DNA from: Acidobacteriota bacterium
GTDB lineage: Bacteria; Acidobacteriota; Vicinamibacteria; Fen-336
Reading direction: 5' to 3'
Assembly (NCBI GenBank): GCA_016199625.1
Contig: JACQGI010000039.1
Coordinates: forward strand, 2,379-66,378
Length of the DNA stretch: 64,000 bases
Shown: piece by piece, positions 36,758 through 46,185 of the stretch
Layout: every line of letters starts with the position of its first letter
How positions within the stretch are numbered: the stretch's first letter is position 1
Notes under the pieces: generated by a model
The model's input: only the letters and a program-made list of their open reading frames with translations
What the model was told of the DNA's origin: nothing
Databases searched by the model: none
Position numbers and translations under genes: made by a program

Positions 36758-37513
36758 ATGGCCTCCTTCGGTGAAAATCTCCGCAGGGAACGCGAGCTTC
36801 GGGGGATCGGCCTGCGTGACATCGCCGACGCCACCAAGATCAGCATCCGTTTCCTCCAGGCTCTCGAGCAGGACCGCGTCGACGTCCTGCCCGGCGGCAT
36901 CTTCCGTCGCGCTTTCGTGCGCCAGTACGCGCGTTACGTGGGCCTGGACGCCGAGCGCATCGTGGCGGAGTTCCTCTACGCGCACGGCGAGGAGCCCGCC
37001 CCGAAGCCGCCCGAGGCCGACCCCAAGCCGCCGGGACGACGGGGCGGACTGGTCGTCGTGGGCCTTCTCCTCGCCGGTACCGTGATCCTGGCTCTCCTCG
37101 GGCGCCGCGACGCGCCGGTCCCCGAGGCCGGGGCGGCGACCCCCGTGGCCCCCGTGGCCCATGCCGACGACCGCGTGTACCCCCCTCCGTCGTCCCAGCC
37201 CGAGCCCGAGGAACCGGAGGGCCTCGTGCTCACCCTGAGCGCGCGGCAGAGCTGTTGGGTCGCGGCGCAGGTGGACGGCGCGACCGTGCTGAACCGCGTG
37301 ATGAACGAGGGCGAGACGGAGACACTGGAGGCCGCGGGGGAGATCGTCCTCTCGGTGGGCAACGCCGGCGGGCTGACGTTCAGCGTCAACGACAAGCCGG
37401 GTGTCCCTCTGGGGCGCAGCGGCGAGGTGCGGCGCAACATCGTGATCACGCCCCAGAGCCTCCCGTCCCTCGTGCAGGACTCTCCGTCGCCCCAGGCTTC
37501 CCACAGCAGCTGA
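36758..37513 (+). CDS. rodZ: Cytoskeleton protein RodZ-like (HTH_XRE - TM - DUF4115).
   Basis: N-terminal HTH (LRRERELRGIGLRDIADATKISIRFLQALE). A single TM segment (GGLVVVGLLLAGTVILALL). A C-terminal DUF4115-like beta domain (LVLTLSARQSCWVAAQVDG...LSVGNAGGLTFSVND). Confidence 0.7.
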   Translation: MASFGENLRRERELRGIGLRDIADATKISIRFLQALEQDRVDVLPGGIFRRAFVRQYARYVGLDAERIVAEFLYAHGEEPAPKPPEADPKPPGRRGGLVVVGLLLAGTVILALLGRRDAPVPEAGAATPVAPVAHADDRVYPPPSSQPEPEEPEGLVLTLSARQSCWVAAQVDGATVLNRVMNEGETETLEAAGEIVLSVGNAGGLTFSVNDKPGVPLGRSGEVRRNIVITPQSLPSLVQDSPSPQASHSS

Positions 37514-37519
37514 TCCCCC

Positions 37520-38617
37520 ATGGCCGAGCCCCGGGCCGCCAACCCCCTGGTCGACGAGTTTCGCAAGGGCGGCGTCCCGAAGGAGCTTCGTGTGATGGCC
37601 GCCCAGGGGGCGCTGCCTCTCAAGCCCGAAGACCTGGTCGACCTGCTCCACCACCTCCTCGGGGATCCCGACGAGAGCATCCGGCAGGCCGCGGAAGGCA
37701 GCCTGATGGCCTTCCCGGTGGACGAGATGCTCCCGATCCTGCGGGACCGCGCGACGCCGCCCGCGGTGCTCTCCTGGGGACTCGCCCACCGCGTCGAGCG
37801 CGAGCTGCGCGAGGTCGCCCTCCAGAACACTTCGACGCCCGACGAGGCCGTCGAGGCCACGGCACCCTCGCTCCCCGAGGCCCTGGCCGAGCTGGTGGTG
37901 ATCAACCAGGTGCGCCTGCTCCGGCGGACGTCCCTCCTCGAGGCCATCGAGTCCAACCCCGAGCTCAACAACGACCAGCGCCGCCGCCTGCGGGAGCTGC
38001 GCGAGACCTTCCGCATCGGTGAGGAGGCGGAGCCGGCGGCCGCCGTCCCGCAAGCCCCCCCCGCGCCCGCCGAGGCTGCGCCGGAGGAGGCGCCGGCCGA
38101 GGAGACCTTCGAGGAGCTGCCGCTCTCGGAGGAGGAGGCCGTGGTCCGCTACCTCTCCGAGGAGGAGCGCCAGCAGACCGAGAAGGTGGGCGCCGTCCAG
38201 AAGCTCTACCGTCTCAACACCGCCGAGAAGGTCATCACCGCCCTCAAGGGCACCCGCGAGGAGCGGGCCATCCTCGTGCGCGACCCGAACCGGATCGTGG
38301 CCACCGCGGTGCTCGGGAGTCCCAGGATCACCGAGGCCGAGATCGAGAGCTTCGCCTCGATGAAGAACGTCTCCGACGCGATCCTCCGCCAGATCGGGAC
38401 CAATCGCGACTGGACCAAGCGGTACGGCGTGGTGGCCAGCCTCGTGAAGAACCCCCGGACGCCCCTGGCCATTTCCCTGGGCATGGTTCCGCGCCTCAAC
38501 CCCAGGGACATCAAGAGCATCGCCGTGGACCGCAACGTCCCCGAGGCGATCCGCAAGCAGGCCCAGCGCTTCATCCGGGCGGCGCAGAGCGGTCCGGGCG
38601 AGAGGAACAAGCACTGA
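37520..38617 (+). CDS. LRV/HEAT-like repeat protein with an acidic central linker (hypothetical).
   Basis: The C-terminal repeats KNPRTPLAISLGMVPRLNPRDIKSIAVDRNVPEAIRKQA share the NPRTP motif with the 35881 gene. The ATG lies 7 nt after the rodZ stop. Confidence 0.45.
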   Translation: MAEPRAANPLVDEFRKGGVPKELRVMAAQGALPLKPEDLVDLLHHLLGDPDESIRQAAEGSLMAFPVDEMLPILRDRATPPAVLSWGLAHRVERELREVALQNTSTPDEAVEATAPSLPEALAELVVINQVRLLRRTSLLEAIESNPELNNDQRRRLRELRETFRIGEEAEPAAAVPQAPPAPAEAAPEEAPAEETFEELPLSEEEAVVRYLSEEERQQTEKVGAVQKLYRLNTAEKVITALKGTREERAILVRDPNRIVATAVLGSPRITEAEIESFASMKNVSDAILRQIGTNRDWTKRYGVVASLVKNPRTPLAISLGMVPRLNPRDIKSIAVDRNVPEAIRKQAQRFIRAAQSGPGERNKH

Positions 38618-38620
38618 TCC

Positions 38621-39238
38621 ATGGCGGACTACTACGACATCCTCGGCGTGTCGCGCGGGGCGAGCAGCGGCGAGATCCGCCAGGCCTACCTGCGCCTGGC
38701 CCGCGAGAAGCACCCGGACCGCTTCGCCGACCCGGGCGAGAAGGAGAAGGCGCAGAGCCTCTTCCAGGACGCGACGGCCGCCTTCAACACCCTGTCGAAC
38801 GAGCGGAGCCGGCGGGAGTACGACGCGGAGCTGGCGCGGCCGAAGCTGACGACCCCGGAGGAGATCGCCAGGGACGCTTACGCCCGCGGGCTGCAGAGCC
38901 TCCAGGCCCGCGACTACCAGTCCGCCGTCGAGCTGCTCCGCAACGCGGTCCACCACGTGGCCGACGACGCCCGCTACCGCGCCGCCCTCGCCCAGGCCCT
39001 CGTGCGGAACCCCCACTGGGTCCGCGACGCCATCCACGAGATGGAGAAAGCCATCGAGATCGCTCCGCTGCAGGCGCCCTACCACGCGCAGCTCGCCGAG
39101 ATGTTCCACGGCCAGGGGCTGCGTCTCAGGGCGCGGAAGGCCCTCGAGAGGGCCGCGGAGCTCTCTACCGACGATCCGGAGGTCCGTCGCGTCTCGGCGC
39201 TCCTCGGCGAGGACGCCGGCGAGGCGGACCGGCGGTGA
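38621..39238 (+). CDS. J-domain (DnaJ-like) protein with C-terminal TPR-like helices.
   Basis: DYYDILGVSRGASSGEIRQAYLRLAREKHPDR carries the HPD motif. TPR-like pairs follow. Confidence 0.7.
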   Translation: MADYYDILGVSRGASSGEIRQAYLRLAREKHPDRFADPGEKEKAQSLFQDATAAFNTLSNERSRREYDAELARPKLTTPEEIARDAYARGLQSLQARDYQSAVELLRNAVHHVADDARYRAALAQALVRNPHWVRDAIHEMEKAIEIAPLQAPYHAQLAEMFHGQGLRLRARKALERAAELSTDDPEVRRVSALLGEDAGEADRR

Positions 39239-39311
39239 GCCGCGGGGCTTGCCTGGGGCCGCCTTTCGGTGTCTACTCAGTGGCCGCGGCCCCCCAACGG
39301 TTCCGAGGACG

Positions 39312-40076
39312 ATGAAGATCACCTACCAGGCGCTCACCGACGTCGGCAGGAAGCGCAAGGGGAACGAGGACAGCCTCTTCGTCAACCCCGAGCAGAACCT
39401 CTTCGTCGTGGCCGACGGCATGGGCGGCCATGCCGCGGGGGAGGTGGCCTCCAAGGTCGCCGTGGAGTCCATCAACGAGTTCGTCTGCCTCACGAGCGGG
39501 GACGAGGAGATCACCTGGCCCTTCGGGCTGGACGAGAACATCTCCTACGACGGAAACCGCCTCAAGACGGCCGTCCGCTACGCAAACCGAAAAGTCCTCG
39601 AGGCGATGAAGGAGCGGACCGAGTACGAGGGGATGGCCACGACGGTCGCCGCCGTGCTCGTGGACGCCGACACGGCCAATCTGGCCCACGTGGGAGACAG
39701 CCGTGTGTACCTATTCCGTGACGGCGCCCTCAGCCAGCTCACCAGCGACCACTCGTGGGTCAACGAGCAGATCCAGAGCGGCATCATCTCCGCCGACCAG
39801 GCCCGCACCCATCCGCTCCGCAACGTCGTGACCCGCGCCCTCGGGGGGAAGCCCGATCTGCAGGTGGACATGCAGTCCCACAAGATGCAGGCGGACGACC
39901 TCCTCCTGCTCTGCTCCGACGGCCTCACCACCATGGTCTCCGACGAGGAGATCGCACGGGTCGTCTCCGAGGCGGCCCTCGACGTGGAGGCCGGCGCCAA
40001 GAACCTGGTGGCCGAGGCCAACGCCCGGGGCGGCGAGGACAACATCACCGTCCTGCTCATCCGCTTCCAGGAGTAG
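39312..40076 (+). CDS. PP2C-family Ser/Thr protein phosphatase.
   Basis: GRKRKGNEDS, VADGMGGHAAGE, CSDGL and GGEDNITV motifs. Confidence 0.85.
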   Translation: MKITYQALTDVGRKRKGNEDSLFVNPEQNLFVVADGMGGHAAGEVASKVAVESINEFVCLTSGDEEITWPFGLDENISYDGNRLKTAVRYANRKVLEAMKERTEYEGMATTVAAVLVDADTANLAHVGDSRVYLFRDGALSQLTSDHSWVNEQIQSGIISADQARTHPLRNVVTRALGGKPDLQVDMQSHKMQADDLLLLCSDGLTTMVSDEEIARVVSEAALDVEAGAKNLVAEANARGGEDNITVLLIRFQE

Positions 40077-40080
40077 CCCC

Positions 40081-42198
40081 GTGGTTCCCGCCGGCGAGAC
40101 CGCCGCCCGCCCGCGCAAGCGCATCGGCAAGTATCTGGTGACCGGGCGCATCGGCCGCGGCGGGATGGGGATGGTCTACCGGGCCTGGGACGAGGTCCTC
40201 GAGCGCGAAGTGGCCGTCAAGACCCTCACCGTCGAGGGGACCCTCGACGAGGAGAGCCGCAAGCGATTCGAGATCGAGGCGAAGGCCGCTGCCCGGCTGC
40301 AGCACCCCAACATCCTCACGGTGTTCGAGCTGGGAGAGGACCGCGGCGTCCCCTTCATCGCCATGGAGCTCCTGCCCGGCATCGACCTCGAGGCGCTCCT
40401 GCGGTCGGCGGAGGAGATCCTGCTCCAGGAGAGGCTGGACGTGGTCGTGCAGGTCTGCCGCGGCCTCGCCTACGCCCACGAGCATCGGATCGTCCACCGC
40501 GACATCAAGCCCTCGAACATCCGGATCCTGGACGACGGCAGCGTCAAGATCATGGACTTCGGTATCGCCAAGCTCCAGGGGACCGGCGTCACCAAGGCCG
40601 GGATGATGGTGGGGACGGTCCACTACATGAGCCCGGAGCAGATCCGCGGCAAGAGCCTGGACGGACGCAGCGACGTCTTCTCCGTCGGAGTGATCCTCTA
40701 CGAGATCCTCGCAGGCCGGCGCCCCTTCTCGGGGGAGACGGCTACGGAAGTGCTCTACCGGATCGTCCATGAGCCTGCGGCGCCGCTTCCGCTGCCCGAG
40801 GATCTCGGGTCCGCCGGACCGCGGCTCCAGGAGATCGTGGACCGCGCCCTGGCCAAGGAGCCCGACCAGCGCTTCTCGAGCGCGACGGAGATGGCCGACG
40901 CCGTCGCAGGGGTCCTCCTTGCTCACCGGCGCCCCGGCGCCGACCCGGCGCAGGAGCAGGAGGCCGTCGCCGCCGCACGGCGGCTCCTCAAGGAGGGCCG
41001 TGCCGAGGAGAGCCTGCGGCACCTCCGCGAGCTGGCCGAGAGGCGCCCGGACTCCCTGGACCTGCGCCGCGCGCTCCGCGCGGCCACCCGCGAGACCCAG
41101 CGGCGCCAACGGGCCGCCGAGCCCGCCGCGGAGGAGTTCCCGGAGCTCGATGCGACTTTCCAGGCGCCCCCGACGCAGATGAGCCCCGAAACGGCGACGG
41201 TGCTGCAGCCGACGGAGCTGGCGGCGCGCCACTCGGCGGTCGGCCCGCCGCGGATCGGAGTGTGGATCGCCGTCGGTGTGGGTGCGGCACTCGTCGTGGG
41301 GGGGGGCCTCGCGGTCCTGCTGCGTGGGGGTCCGGGGGAGGACGTCGTGGGGGGGCCCGTGAAGGTTGCCGTCCGCTCTCGGCCGCCGGGTGCCGTGGTG
41401 CTGCTGGACGGCAAGGAGACCGGCGTCGTCACCGACGGCGAGGTGTTGCTCCCCGAGCCTCGGCGCGGCCTCGTCCGTCTGACGTTCCGCAAGGACGGGT
41501 TCCGGGAGGAGACGCGGACCATCGCGCTGCCGCTGCCCGACGGCGAGGTCGTGTCCGTCACCCTCGGCCCTGCGCCCGCCGCCGTCGCAGTGGTCACCGA
41601 TCCGCCCGGCGCCAGCGTCACCCTCGACGGCCAGCGCGTCCCAGGCACGACGCCCCTCGACCTCCGCGTCGACCCCTCGGCAGAGCATCGCCTGACCCTC
41701 GCCCTCGACGGCCACGCGTCCCAGGAGGTGCGCCTCGCGGCCGGCCGCGTCCCGCCCCAGGTCCGCGTGGGGCTGTCGCCGTCGGGTCCCATGGGCTCGG
41801 TCACCGTCACTGCGAGCTACCCTGTGGACGTCGTCTGGCGCGGGCGGATTCTCGCGAGGGGCCAGACTGCGCCGCGCGTGAGCGTCCCCCAAGGGCGCCA
41901 AGTGCTGACCCTGCTCTCTCCCGGCGTGTTCCTCCGTGCCAACGTCACGGTGGAAGTCCGCCGCGAGACGGCCGTGGCGGCCCCTCCCCTGGGCACGCTG
42001 AACATCCGCGCGACGCCCGACAACTGCGAGGTGTTCGTCGACGGCGCCTCGGTGGGCTACCTCCCGATCCTCGACAGGCCCGTCAGCGCCGGTCGTCACG
42101 CCGTGCTCTTCCGTTGGCCCGACGGCGGCCGCAGCGAGGACGCCGTCGAGGTGGTGGCGGGACGCCCCGCCTTCGTCGTGGGGCGGAGGGACCCATGA
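40081..42198 (+). CDS. Hanks-type Ser/Thr protein kinase with a TM segment and two C-terminal PEGA domains.
   Basis: GRGGMGMVYRA...VAVK, HRDIKPSNI and DFGIAK motifs. A TM segment (IAVGVGAALVVGGGLAVLL). Two RSRPPGAVV.LDG / TDPPGASVTLDG PEGA-like beta domains. Confidence 0.85.
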   Translation: MVPAGETAARPRKRIGKYLVTGRIGRGGMGMVYRAWDEVLEREVAVKTLTVEGTLDEESRKRFEIEAKAAARLQHPNILTVFELGEDRGVPFIAMELLPGIDLEALLRSAEEILLQERLDVVVQVCRGLAYAHEHRIVHRDIKPSNIRILDDGSVKIMDFGIAKLQGTGVTKAGMMVGTVHYMSPEQIRGKSLDGRSDVFSVGVILYEILAGRRPFSGETATEVLYRIVHEPAAPLPLPEDLGSAGPRLQEIVDRALAKEPDQRFSSATEMADAVAGVLLAHRRPGADPAQEQEAVAAARRLLKEGRAEESLRHLRELAERRPDSLDLRRALRAATRETQRRQRAAEPAAEEFPELDATFQAPPTQMSPETATVLQPTELAARHSAVGPPRIGVWIAVGVGAALVVGGGLAVLLRGGPGEDVVGGPVKVAVRSRPPGAVVLLDGKETGVVTDGEVLLPEPRRGLVRLTFRKDGFREETRTIALPLPDGEVVSVTLGPAPAAVAVVTDPPGASVTLDGQRVPGTTPLDLRVDPSAEHRLTLALDGHASQEVRLAAGRVPPQVRVGLSPSGPMGSVTVTASYPVDVVWRGRILARGQTAPRVSVPQGRQVLTLLSPGVFLRANVTVEVRRETAVAAPPLGTLNIRATPDNCEVFVDGASVGYLPILDRPVSAGRHAVLFRWPDGGRSEDAVEVVAGRPAFVVGRRDP

Positions 42199-43679
42199 GG
42201 CGGGCCGCGGCGTACGCCGCCTGTGCGATGCTGCTCCTCGCGGGATCCGCTTCGGCCCAGTCCTCCCCCGATGAGCAGGCCCGGAGGCTCCTCGAGGACG
42301 GGAAGCAATACTTTGGCAAGGGGCAATACAAGCAGGCCCTCGACAACTTCAACACCATCGCGACGGGCTTCTCGGCCACCGATTCCGTGGACGACGCGCT
42401 CCTCGAGATCGGCCGATATCACCTCGAGGTGGACGGCGACGTGGAGAAGGCCCGCGCCTCATTCGAGCAGGTCGCCCAGCGGTACCCCCAGAGCGACGGC
42501 GCCCCCGGCGCCTACTACTACCTCGGCTGGCTCACCATGACGCGCGCGGCCGGTGCGGCGGAGCTCGACGACGCTCTGGCGCAATTCGACCGGATCCGGA
42601 CCCTCTACCCGCGGAGCGACTGGGTCGCCCGGGCCTTCTACGCCTCGGGCCTCGTCCACCGCAAGGCGGGCCGCTTTGCCGAAGCGGTGGAGGCGGAGCG
42701 CCGCGTGGCCCTCGAGTACCCCACGAGCGAGGCCGCTCCCGCGGCCCAGTTCCAGATCGGACACTGCCTCGCCCTCATGGGCGAGCACGGCGTCGCCATG
42801 GAGGAGTACCAACGCGTCCGCAACCGGTTCCCCGAGAGCGAGTGGGCCGCCCGGGCCCTCGACCGCACCACGACGCTCTACCGGCTCTACGCAACCGCGA
42901 GCCCGACCTTCGCCCCCGACCCGTCCGTGTCCTTCGGGGCCGGGGACGTGCTGCGGGACGTCCGCGCGATCCTCATGACGCCCGATCGCACGCTCTGGGT
43001 GGCCTCCGACAAGACCCGCAGCGTGGTTCCCTTCGACGCCGAGGGCAAGATCGGCTCGAGCATCCCCGCCGAGAACATCCGGGCGCTGTCGTTCTCCGCC
43101 AAGGGGGAGCTCCTCGTCGCGGCGAGGTCCGCCGTCCGCATCGGCCCGAAGGACATCAAGTCCTTCGCCGTTCCGACGGACAAGCCGGGCGTGCCGGAGC
43201 CCCTGGAGGACATCGGGGCCGCCGTCATCACCGCCGGCGGCAACATGCTGATCGCCGACGGGAAGAGGAACCGCGTCTACCGGTACGACCGGCAGTTCCA
43301 GTTCCTGGGCACCTGGCCCGACGGGAAGGAGCGCGAGGTGCGACGCCTCGTCCTCGACGGTGAAGGGGCCGTCGTCCTCCTCGACGCCAAGGACAAGACC
43401 GTGCAGGTCTACGACGAGTCGGGGCGGCTCCTGCGCTCGTTGGGGGGCAGGGGTACGGCGTCCGAGTTCCGCAAGCCCGTGGACGTGGCCGTGGACGCCG
43501 CCCGCAACCTGTACGTCGCCGAGGAGGAGGGCCCGGTGCGGATCTTTTCCCCGGACGGAAGGCTCCTCGGCTCCCTGGCCAGCGACGAGGTGCGGCGGCC
43601 CCGGGCCCTGACCCTGGATCCCTCGGGGGCCGTGCTCGTGTACGACGACAAGGCCCAGAGGGTGATCCGCTTCAAGTGA
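42195..43679 (+). CDS. Secreted TPR (YbgF-like) - NHL/beta-propeller repeat protein.
   Basis: Signal peptide MRRAAAYAACAMLLLAGSASA. N-terminal TPRs. C-terminal repeats of the type NLYVAEEEG.VRIFSPDGRLLGSL. ATGA overlap with the kinase stop. Confidence 0.65.
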   Translation: MRRAAAYAACAMLLLAGSASAQSSPDEQARRLLEDGKQYFGKGQYKQALDNFNTIATGFSATDSVDDALLEIGRYHLEVDGDVEKARASFEQVAQRYPQSDGAPGAYYYLGWLTMTRAAGAAELDDALAQFDRIRTLYPRSDWVARAFYASGLVHRKAGRFAEAVEAERRVALEYPTSEAAPAAQFQIGHCLALMGEHGVAMEEYQRVRNRFPESEWAARALDRTTTLYRLYATASPTFAPDPSVSFGAGDVLRDVRAILMTPDRTLWVASDKTRSVVPFDAEGKIGSSIPAENIRALSFSAKGELLVAARSAVRIGPKDIKSFAVPTDKPGVPEPLEDIGAAVITAGGNMLIADGKRNRVYRYDRQFQFLGTWPDGKEREVRRLVLDGEGAVVLLDAKDKTVQVYDESGRLLRSLGGRGTASEFRKPVDVAVDAARNLYVAEEEGPVRIFSPDGRLLGSLASDEVRRPRALTLDPSGAVLVYDDKAQRVIRFK

Positions 43680-43686
43680 GCATGCG

Positions 43687-45858
43687 ATGAAGGTGTGGCT
43701 CCTCGGCCTGGCCCTCCTCGCGGCACCGCCCGCCGCCGCGCAGCAGACGACGCCGCCCGCGGACCCCGCCCAGAAGGAGCTGCAGGCCGTCCAGGATCTC
43801 CTCGGCAGGGCCACGGCCGACTTCGAAGGGGCACAGCAGAGCCGTTCGATCGTCCTCCTCGATGAGATCATCACGCGGCTCGAGACCCTGCGGAGGATGG
43901 AGAGCCTGGCGCCCCGCGGGCGCGAGATGCTGGCCCAGGCCTACGAGATGCGCGGCCGGGCGTACTTCAACATCGGTTTGCAGGAGAAGGCCTCGGACAG
44001 CTTCCGCTCCCTGGTCCAGCTCCAGCCCCAGTACGCGCTCTCGAAGGAGAAGGTCTCCCCGAAGATCGTGGAGTTCTACGCGTCGGTGAAGAAGGGCCTG
44101 GTGGGCTACCTCGCCGTCTCCTCGAAGCCCGCCGGCGCCAGGGTCACGTTGAACGGCGAGTTCCTGAGCGTCACCGACTTCTTTCCCCTGGAGGTCCTCG
44201 CGGGGGACTACGCCGTCGAGGTCTCCCGTGAGGGCTACCGGAGCGAGGCGCGCACGGTCAGCATCGCGCCCCGGGCCACGGAGGCTCTCGACGTACCCCT
44301 CACGCGGGTCTCGGCGAGCTACTTCTTCCTCACCGAGCCCGCCGGCGTCGAGGTCTGGGTGGACGGGGAGCTGAAGACGACCACCTCGGGAGCACTCGCT
44401 CCGGACCAGGCCGAGGAGGTGCGCGGCAGGGGCGTCGACCCGGCGCGGTCGTCGACCTGGACCGAAGTGGCGAACCTCTCCCTGGGAACGCACATGGTCG
44501 AGCTGCGGAAGAAGTGCCACGAGCCGGTCAAGCTCACACTGGACGCCGCGGAGCCCAGGGACTACAACGCCGAGCCGATGCGGATGGAGGAGTCGCTGGC
44601 CTCGCTCCGGCTCGAGTCGGATCCGCCCGGAGCGCGGATCCTCATCGACGGCGAGTCCATGGGGCTGACGCCGAAAGAGCTCGACAACCTGTGCTCGGGC
44701 CGGCACCGGATCGAGGTGAAGCACGCCTCGGGCAAGTTCATCCAGGACGTGGTTCTGGCCAAGGACGAGGCCCTCTCGCTCAAGTGCCCGATCCGTCCGA
44801 GCCTCGCATTCCTCGGCGTGGTGGCCGAGAGCGCCGGTGCGGAGCGCGTCGCTGCCGACGCGGAGGAGAAGCTCCTCCAGAACCTGTCGCGGATCACGAC
44901 GCTGAACTTCGTCCCGGCGCCCAGGGAGACGGTCGACCGCATCCTCGAGGGAGAGAAGCTCACGCGCGGTGGGCTCATCCCCGGCGCGGGGACGGACCCC
45001 GACCTGGTCCGGAAGGTCACCGAGAAGCTGGCCTCGACCCTCGAGGTCCAGGGCTTCCTGATCGCGCTGCTCCCCGAAGAGCGGCTCCAGCGGACGGCGA
45101 TCCTGCATCTCCTGGCGGCGGGGAACACGGTGACGGATCGCTGGGACGTCACTTTCGGCGAGGCCGCGTCGTACCTTCGCTTCCTCTCCGCAGTGGACCA
45201 GAGGGTGCCGCTCTACCGCCCCTGGACCGGTCTCGTGACGGTGGACACGCACCTCCACGACGGCGTCCCCGTGCTGCGGGCGGCGCCCGGGAGCCCGGCC
45301 GCCGTTGCGGGGATACAGCCCGGCGAGGTCCTCTACGCCGCCGACGGCCGGCCCGTCAAGCGCACGGCCGACCTGCTGGCCATCGTGGACGCCAAGCGGC
45401 CGAAGGAAAAGGTCGCGCTCCACCTCAGGGGAGCTTCGGGAGATCGCGCCGTGGAGGTCACCCTCGCGCAGACCCCCCAGGAGATCCCCCTGAACGACCC
45501 GACGCTGCTCTACAACAAGATCATGGTGGACCTGCGCCAGGAGGTCGAGGGATACCCCGGCACGGAGTCGGCGGCCTTCGCGAGGCTCAACCTCGCCCTG
45601 TGCGCCATGCACTTCGGCGACTATGCCGCCGCCCACGAACATCTGCTCAAGGCCCGGGCTGAGCTGCCCAACCGGCCCGGCCTCTCGCAGGGCACGGCCC
45701 TGTACTACCTGGGCGTGGCCTTCGAGCGCCTCGGGGACAAGTACCGCAAGGAGGCCGGAGACGCCTATCGCGCCGCGGCGGGCTTCAAGGACGCCACGCT
45801 CTTCGACAACGACGGGCCGGCCGTGGCGCCTCTCGCCGCCCGCCGGGTGGGGTCGTAG
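43687..45858 (+). CDS. Secreted multidomain protein: TPR - PEGA x3 - PDZ - C-terminal TPR.
   Basis: Signal peptide MKVWLLGLALLAAPPAAA. PEGA-like segments (SSKPAGARVTLNG, TEPAGVEVWVDG, ESDPPGARILIDG). A PDZ domain (GIQPGEVLYAADGRPV). Confidence 0.65.
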   Translation: MKVWLLGLALLAAPPAAAQQTTPPADPAQKELQAVQDLLGRATADFEGAQQSRSIVLLDEIITRLETLRRMESLAPRGREMLAQAYEMRGRAYFNIGLQEKASDSFRSLVQLQPQYALSKEKVSPKIVEFYASVKKGLVGYLAVSSKPAGARVTLNGEFLSVTDFFPLEVLAGDYAVEVSREGYRSEARTVSIAPRATEALDVPLTRVSASYFFLTEPAGVEVWVDGELKTTTSGALAPDQAEEVRGRGVDPARSSTWTEVANLSLGTHMVELRKKCHEPVKLTLDAAEPRDYNAEPMRMEESLASLRLESDPPGARILIDGESMGLTPKELDNLCSGRHRIEVKHASGKFIQDVVLAKDEALSLKCPIRPSLAFLGVVAESAGAERVAADAEEKLLQNLSRITTLNFVPAPRETVDRILEGEKLTRGGLIPGAGTDPDLVRKVTEKLASTLEVQGFLIALLPEERLQRTAILHLLAAGNTVTDRWDVTFGEAASYLRFLSAVDQRVPLYRPWTGLVTVDTHLHDGVPVLRAAPGSPAAVAGIQPGEVLYAADGRPVKRTADLLAIVDAKRPKEKVALHLRGASGDRAVEVTLAQTPQEIPLNDPTLLYNKIMVDLRQEVEGYPGTESAAFARLNLALCAMHFGDYAAAHEHLLKARAELPNRPGLSQGTALYYLGVAFERLGDKYRKEAGDAYRAAAGFKDATLFDNDGPAVAPLAARRVGS

Positions 45859-45860
45859 GA

Positions 45861-46184
45861 GTGCCCGCCGCGCGCCTGGTCTGGGAGCGAGGCGACGGCT
45901 CCCGGGTCGAGTTCCCCCTGACCGCCGACGTGCTGGTCGTGGGGCGCGACGAGGAGGCGGACATCCGCGTCGACGAACCCCTCGTCTCCCGGAACCACGC
46001 GCGCCTCGAGCGCCGGGGCGAGGCCTGGGTGGTCCTCGACCTGGGCTCGACCAACTACACCCGCGTGAACGGCGAGGTGGTCTCCGAGCGCGCGCTGCGA
46101 CACGGGGACGAGGTGCGCTTCGCCCGCGCGCGGTGCACCTTCCTCGCCGCAGCGGGCGCCGATCCCGTCGCCGGAGGGGTGTAG
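45861..46184 (+). CDS. Small stand-alone FHA-domain protein.
   Basis: VVGRDEEADIRVDEPLVSRNHARLERRGEAWVVLDLGSTNYTRVNG. GTG start 3 nt after the previous stop. Confidence 0.7.
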   Translation: MPAARLVWERGDGSRVEFPLTADVLVVGRDEEADIRVDEPLVSRNHARLERRGEAWVVLDLGSTNYTRVNGEVVSERALRHGDEVRFARARCTFLAAAGADPVAGGV

Positions 46185-46185
46185 C

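Noticed and set aside
36578-45642. Long - strand ORFs (914, 680 and 656 aa) across rodZ and the kinase cluster.
   Set aside because: All are antisense to + strand genes with strong motif support (HTH, PP2C, Hanks kinase, PDZ). None carries a motif of its own.
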